This document shows positions 51,751-58,743 of a stretch of 58,743 bases of DNA, piece by piece. Under the pieces are notes generated by a model that saw nothing but the letters and a program-made list of their open reading frames with translations, was not told the origin of the DNA and made no database searches. Both the position numbers and the translations under genes were made by a program. Location of the stretch: positions 59,130,318 to 59,189,060 of the forward strand of contig NC_068987.1 of assembly GCF_001194135.2 (NCBI RefSeq), read 5' to 3'. How positions within the stretch are numbered: the first letter of the stretch is position 1; each line of letters begins with the position of its first letter. The stretch comes from Octopus bimaculoides (lineage: Eukaryota).

Positions 51751-52691
51751 CAGGGGTGGAGAAACCCCTGCCTGCAGGTGCAATTGCATCTGCGAGCCCA
51801 TTTTATTGTGCCTGCGAGCCCACTTTATTGCGCCCACAGGCTGGTATATTTGTGTGTACAAAATATAGTAAATTTTGCAGTTATAAAATTTATACAATAT
51901 TCGTATGCCTGTTTGCGAAATAGGTTGCTGTTCTACTACGACTTATAACGGCAAGAGTCGAACAGAAAATTGTCCAGTAATTACCATTTGTATGGAAATT
52001 TTGTTTTCACTAGGTTTGTACTTGTTGTTGTTGGCACTCCATCGCTTACGACGTCGAGGGTTCCAGTTGATCCGATCAACGGAACAGCCTGCTCGTGAAA
52101 TTAACGTGCAAGTGGCTGAACACTCCACAGACACGTGTACCCTTAACGTAGTTCTCGGGGATATTCAGCATGACACAGTGTGACAAGGCTGACCCTTTGA
52201 ATTACAGGCACAACAGAAACAGCAAGTAAGAGTGAGAGAAAGTTGTGGTGAAAGAGTACAGCAGGGTTCGCCACCATCCCCTGCCGGAGCTTCGTGGAGC
52301 TTTAGGTGTTTTTCGCTCAATAAACACTCACAACGCCTAGTCTGGGAATCGAAACCGCGATCCTATGACCGTGAGTCCGCTGCCCTAACCACTGGGTCAT
52401 TGCGCCTCCACAGGTTTGTACTACCCCCTTGAGATCCAACTACACTCTAGCTGAAAAATAAAGAATGCCTCATAAGTAATATAAACGTCCTAAATTCAGT
52501 AGCGGTATTAATGAAGATATTACAGTCTTAATTTAATGTGTTAAACTTATCTTTATTAATGTATATCAAATTATACATAGTTATATGCAAGATTTACAAA
52601 AATTCACACAGAGTTAGAACTTGTGATCCACCCGCGCATCTTTTTCTTTGGAAATTTTAACCCGCTGCACTAAAATGGTTCCTCACCCCTG
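51751..52691. mobile_element. hAT/Charlie-like MITE
   Basis: TIRs CAGGGGTG...CACCCCTG; flanking 8-mers ATGTAAAT / ATCTATAT match at 6 of 8 positions and look like an NTNTANAN target. Confidence 0.7.
52023..52411 (-). mobile_element. Same SINE family, 11-bp TSD AGGTTTGTACT, nested in a hAT-like MITE
   Basis: TSD at 52012-52022 and 52412-52422. A more diverged relative lies at about 19945-20215 (+). Confidence 0.9.
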
Positions 52692-52845
52692 ATCTATATA
52701 CTCTCTTCAGTCTCAGAAATATATATCAGTGGAAACTATTTTGTTTACTGTTCCCATATTTATATATTTTGCTTACTGTTCTCATATTTATATATTTTGT
52801 TTACTGTTCCTCACTCTTATATACCTGCATTTGATTATCTTGCAG

Positions 52846-52904
52846 GTCCATACCAGTAATACCACGAGGTCATGCTCATTTAGCTCTTCTTGTTGGCGAG
52901 AATG
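52846..52904 (+). CDS. ERGIC2: ERGIC2 coding exon 6 (SIPVIPRGHAHLALLVGEN), 59 nt; the gene continues past the window
   Basis: Acceptor TCTTGCAG ends 52845; donor GTTTGT at 52905. PRGHAHL matches ERGIC2 (AIPHPRGHAHLAALV). Phase 2 in matches exon 5. The expected next exon (YNFSHRI-like) was not found before 58743. Confidence 0.92.
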
Positions 52905-53599
52905 GTTTGTATAAAACTTTATTTCCTCTTGTAGTCACTCTCTTATCTTTTTATTGCTGTTCTGTCTCCCTCTCTTTTCTCTCTCTTTTTTGTGTCTCTC
53001 TTATAATCCCTCCTTATTCTTCTGTTAATTCCTGGCACCTCTGTTTTATCATCATGCACCCTTTATTTCTCAGTCATGCTTTATCTAACTCTTTTGACCT
53101 TCATCTTCATGTTTTTCCATATTCAATCAATCATTATGCAAATAGCACAAAAATGAATCAAAATAGTTACAACAGGCCTGTTGTAACTTGTTGTAAAGCC
53201 TGTTTAATCCATACTCCTTGTTTACCTTAAGCACATTTCATTTATATATCAATTCTTTATTTATACTTATATGTGAAGTCATTTGAAACACAAGCTTGAG
53301 ACTGTACTAAGTCGCAGTGTTCCATCACCAGCGGAACCAAAAACTTCGAAGCCTCTAAAAGAGAAAAAGAAGAAATCAAAAGACAGGAGAGAACAGCTTG
53401 ACGAGATCAACCTTATCCTCCACCATCATTACGATGCAATCAGTACCACTGACTTTTCTATGCAAGAATTGATCTACTCAGTCATCAACGCCATCACGAT
53501 GAGGGAAGCATTCAGCAAAGAAGAAACTAAATTCTTGGATATGAGATGAAGCCAACAACAGATAGTAGAATAGAGCCTTTGTTAAGAATACTATAGTCT

Positions 53600-54210
53600 C
53601 ATCATCAATATCATCATTTAACATCCGCTTTCCATATTTGTATGGGTTGGATGGTTTGACATGGAGCTGGCCAGCTGGGAGCTGTCCAAACTCCAACTGT
53701 CTATTGTGGCATGGCTTCCATGGCTGGATGCCCTTCCTAATGCCAACCACTTAACAGAGCGTGCTAGGTGCTTTTTACGTGCCACCAGCACAGCTGCTTT
53801 TTATGTGGCACCAGCTCCTGAAAGGACAACCCTGTATGTGTGGAAGACAGTGGTTTTACTTAGCATTACACATCTTCTCAAGTACAGCAAATTGCCACAT
53901 TTGGTTCCTTGTCATTTCCTCAGTGAGGTCCAACATCCAAAGATCCTTTCTTACCACTTCCTCCCATGTTTTCCTGGGTCTACCCCTTCCACATGTTCCC
54001 TCCACAATTAGAGCTTGACACTTCTTTATGCAGCTGTCCTCATCCATACACATCACATAACCAAACCAGTATAGTCTTCTCTCTTGCACACAACATCTGA
54101 TGCCTCTTATACCCAGTTATCCTCTTAAATCATTTACACTTTGTCGCTCATGCACACCCAACATTACCCATCCAGCATAGTATGCTAGCTTCATTTCTTT
54201 CAAGCCTTCG
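53600..54210 (-). mobile_element. RTE-clade LINE 3' fragment
   Basis: ORF 53856-54089: QERRLYWFGYV..CGRGRPRKTWEEVVRKDL; tail ends in GAT repeats. Confidence 0.85.
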
Positions 54211-55616
54211 CGGTAGTTATAAAACTCTTTCCCTCGCTCTCTCTCTCATAAAATTGCCTAATTGAAAATATTTGTATTTTAGGTTAATTATCTCTTATGG
54301 TTTAATACTTTTTCCTACTGGTAACCATTACACCATGAGCGTGTAATGGTGGATTGTATTGTTAGTTAGGCAAATATTTGGCAAGTATATTAATAAGCAA
54401 CTCCTCCTTCCTACACATGATGGCTGCAACAAGGCTTGAACTAATAGTAATTGAAGTCAGTCATCTTTCATTTAAATCTCAAAGCCATTGTCTCTCATGT
54501 AATGTTTGTTGATAAAACTGGAAATATTATAGTACATCATGGATAATATATATTAATATATATATTTATTATCCATTATGTGTGTGTGTGTATATATATA
54601 TATATAGGTACCAGTGCCACTTAAAAAGCACATGTGCTGGTATTGCATAAAAGCACCCAGTACACTCTGTTAAGTGGTTGGTGTTAGGAAGGGCATGCAG
54701 CCATAGAAACCATGCCACAACAGACAGTTGGAGTTCAGACAACCAGCTCTTTGTCAAACCATTCAACTCATGCTAGCATGGAGACTGGAAGTTAAATGAT
54801 GATAATATATACATACATATATACATATGTATGTACACACACATACACACATGGCTGTGTTGGTGAGTTTCTCAACCACATGGTTCCAGATTCAGCTCAG
54901 TTACGTGTAACCTGAAGCAAATATCTTCTACTATATCACACACTCTGTGAAATGGTTAGCGTTAGGGAGGGTATCTAGCTGTAGAAATCATACTGAAGCA
55001 GACATTGGAGCCTGGCACAACCATCTGGCTTGTTAGCTCATCATGTTGAACCAACCAACCCATGCTAGTATGGAAACAGGGACATAAAATGATGATGATG
55101 ATTACACACACACACACACACACACACATACACATATGCAAATGTTAGCCATCATATGATGGGTAATGTTGCAAATATACTTTTACTACGGTGGGTAATA
55201 TCAGGAAAGACAGAATATATTCAACAATTATAATTATTTATTCTTTATCAAATTTCTTGGTGATTATACAAAATGATGAAATGAATCCTAACTTTCAAGT
55301 GAAAAATATTTATTATCTTAAAGTATAATTAGAAGAAACGAATTTCTCATTTCTCCTCCTCTGTGATTCTTTCTCTTTCTCCCCCCCCCTCTCTCTGTTG
55401 AGTATTCCTTTTCTCAACTCATTAACTGCCACCCAGCCCAGTACATGCACTCTTACTGCTCCATTCATGTTAACTTTTTCTCTATCTTTCTTTTACCCTC
55501 TCTTCCTTTCCCTCTGCACAATGTAAAACATGACTGGAGAAATCAACCTGCCACCAAAAACCAACCACCAATTATATCAGCTATTGTTATATTGAAATTA
55601 TGGGTCACTGTGAACT

Positions 55617-55845
55617 TTAACCCATTAGCATTCAAACCGGCCATATCCGGACAAACTACTCTACTTGTTTTATGCTCAAACTAGCCAGATCTGGTCGCTC
55701 ACACCTACTCTACTATGTCACTCTAAAAAATAAATGTTCACATCATCAAAATCTCAAAGCTACAAGATAATGTTTAATTTATTCAAAACAAAGTGAATAA
55801 ATAAGTATTATATTTGATAGAAAAATCTGAATGCTAAAGGGTTAA
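55617..55845. mobile_element. piggyBac-like MITE (TTAA target); other copies 27245-27468 and about 56625-57110 (interrupted)
   Basis: TTAA-CCC(A/T)TTAGCATT...AATGCTAAAGGG-TTAA termini, with shared internal sequence in the three copies. Confidence 0.72.
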
Positions 55846-56147
55846 ACCAGGATTTAAATTGTATCTTTCTGACCCTTATTCATTTCTAAGGCTATTATTA
55901 TTATTATTATATTACTAATGTTATCATTTTTATTAGGTGATGAGTTAGCAGAATTGTTAGCACTCTGGGAAAAATGCTTAGCAGTATTTCGTCTGTCTTT
56001 ACATTCTGACTTAAAATTCTGCCAAGCTTGATTTTACCTTTCATCCTTTCAGAATTGATAAATTAAGTATCTGTGAAACACTGGGGTCAATGTAATCAAC
56101 TAATCACCTCCTACAAAATTTCAGGCCTTGTGCCTTTAGTGTAATGG

Positions 56148-56185
<38 letters not shown>

Positions 56186-57968
56186 CATTATTATTATTAT
56201 ATTACTAATATTATCATTATTATTAGGAGGCGAGCTGGCAGAGCCGGTAGCATGCTGGGCAAAATGCTTAGCAGTATTTCATCTGTCTGTCTCCATGTTC
56301 TGAGGTCAAATTCCGCCAAGGTCAACTTTGCCTTTCAGCCTTTCAGGGTTGTGAGAATAAGTACGAGCAGAGGCAATCAATTTACCTGAAATTGCTGGCC
56401 TTGTGCGAAAATTTGAAACCAATATTATCATTATTATTATTATATTATTGATTTGTAATTTAGTTTATTCTTTGTTATCATATTATTATGTTTTTTATTA
56501 TTTCTATGAGTTTGAGATCCTGGCAATGTAATCGGGTTTAAATCTCATGTTCCTGAGCGAGGTCCTGACTCTCCTTGCTCTTATTTGCCTGTCCAAATTT
56601 TAAAAAAAAAGAACTATTCAGCTCTTTAACATTTAAACCGGCCATATCCAACCAAAATATGCTACATATTTTATGTTAACCAGCCAGATCCAGCCTATCA
56701 CACCTACTCTTCAATGCCATTCTAAAAATGTCACATCATCATCAAAATTTCAAAGTTATGAGATAATGCATGATTAATTGAAAAACAATGTGAAGGAAAA
56801 AGCATTTGACAGAATAATCATCATCATCATCATCATCATCGTTTAACGTCTGCTTTCCATGCTAGCATGGGTTGGACGATTTGACTGAGCATTGGCAAAC
56901 CAGATGGCTGCACCAGGCTCCAATCTGATTTGGCAGAATTTCTACAGCTGGATGCCCTTCCTAACGCCAACCACTCAGAGAGTGTAGTGGGTGCTTTTAC
57001 ATGTCACCCGCATGAAGGCCAGTCAGGCGGTACTGGCAACGGCCACGCTCAAAATGGTGTATTTTACGTAGCACCCGCACAAGAGCCAGTCCAGAATGCT
57101 AAAGGGTTAAACAGGTTCTACTCCTGCAACAGTGGTTCGATAGTCATCTAGCTTTAGGCTATTTAAGCATAGAAGCTGGTTATAAAACAGTAAAGCTGTC
57201 ATTGTGCTGACATGCACAGTCTGATGAGCTGGTACTTAATCCGTTTTCTTAAAGGATTAAGGGTTTCAGCTACAAATGTTTCTGTAGGTAAGAACCCCCT
57301 CTATTACTGCTATGTTTATTACTCACAGGGTAGCTGAAAACAACAACGAAAGTCAGTGAAAATTTTCACACACTGCATGTGTGGCACCTGTGCCCAGCAT
57401 TGCCTTCCTGGCACTTGTGCCAGATGGCACTTGTAAAGACATTTGAGCGAGATCATTGCCAGTGCCGCCGAACTGGCTCCTGTGCAGGTGGCACATAAAA
57501 TACACCATTTTGAGCGTGGCCGTTGCCAGTACCGCCTGACTGGCCTTCGTGCCGGTGGCACGTAAAAGCACCCACTATACTCTCGGAGTGGCTGGCATTA
57601 GGAAGTGCATCCAGCTGTAGAAACTCTGCCAAATCAGATTGGAGCCTGGTGTAGCCATCTGGTTTCANNNNNNNNNNNNNNNNNNNNNNNNNNNNNNNNN
57701 NNNNNNNNNNNNNNNNNNNNNNNCCAACCCATGCTAGCATGGAAAGTGGACGTTAAATGATGATGATGATGATGATGCATGTATACAATGGGCTTCTTTC
57801 AGTTTCAATCTGTCATATCCTCTCACAAGGCTTTCAGTTGACAATAGTAGAAAATATTTGCCTGAGTTGCCATGCAGTTGGACTGAACCAGGAACCATGT
57901 AGTTTACAAGTTCACTTATCACCCACACAGCCATATATGTGTGTGCAACACACACACACACACACACG

Positions 57969-58009
<41 letters not shown>

Positions 58010-58743
58010 TCAGTATCAAATATGTACTTTATGAGGTACTTCATAATTAGATTTAGTGATGTATTTTTCTTCAAGAGTACTCAGCAAATGTTTGTGTAAA
58101 CTATGAATTATTCAAAGCTATGATTTTAAGTCTATGCATTGAAGAAGATAAATAGAAAGAATCAACTTCTGATCCATGATATAAAGGAAATATGCATAGT
58201 TTTATTATTTTATAAGTTTCAAGTGGGGTGAGCTGGCAGAATTGTTAGAGTGGTAGTCTTCTGGCTTTTTACGTTTTGGGTTCAAATATGGCTAAGCTCA
58301 AGTTTGCCTTTCATCCTTCTGGGTCTAATAAAATACCAGTCATGTACAGGTGGGTTGGGGGTGTACCGTAACTGTCTAAGCCCCTTCCTCCAAAATTGTT
58401 AGCCTTGTGTCCATATTAGAAACAATTATTTTACTGGTCCTAATCATTGCATTGTAAATGTGTTTTCTGTGGTTAAGTAGTTGCCATTTTGATATAACAC
58501 TAGTTATGTCTCCTCAAGTGGTGTTGTATTGAATACAAGAAACAGACAGACGTAAGATAGACAAAAGCTAAATGAGTCTTAATTTTAACCCCCTTTTTTT
58601 TTGTATATTGCAATGTTATTTACCAATCCCTGTAGATTGATCTAAGCTTCTGATGGTTCAAACGTTTGAAGATTCAGCCTTATGTTGATCTCTTTCACTT
58701 CCTTTACAACTAATAGCTTAAGCTTGATTTTAAGCCTTAGGAA

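Noticed and set aside
58600-58660. CCCTGTAG at about 58628-58635 as the acceptor of the next ERGIC2 exon
   Set aside because: The required phase gives an immediate TGA, and no YNFSHRI-like peptide is present.

Overview
AT-rich, microsatellite-dense animal genomic DNA with many N gaps. The repeat repertoire suggests a cephalopod, probably an Octopus draft assembly (inference). One host gene is supported: ERGIC2 on the + strand. It has six coding exons from ATG 26106 to 52904 (646 nt, about 215 aa), probably a non-coding first exon near 20.8-20.96 kb, and it continues beyond the window. The rest is mobile DNA: RTE, CR1/L2-group and R4/Dong LINE fragments, a Penelope-like GIY-YIG fragment, a mariner remnant, pogo-, hAT- and piggyBac-like MITEs, and at least four tRNA-headed SINE families. 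The most interesting signal is a set of hammerhead-ribozyme (HHR) motifs in three repeat contexts. (1) A 351-bp tandem repeat at 44.3-45.0 kb carries two well-formed type I HHRs on the - strand, as expected for a retrozyme that yields circular RNA; a diverged, covarying relative lies at 26.2-26.75 kb. (2) A tRNA-headed SINE-like element with a minimal HHR forms an inverted pair at 14.7-16.1 kb, one arm split by an R4/Dong insertion into its (TAA)n tract. (3) An HHR core lies just downstream of the Penelope-like endonuclease fragment. All alignments and RNA folds were done by eye; no search or folding program was run.
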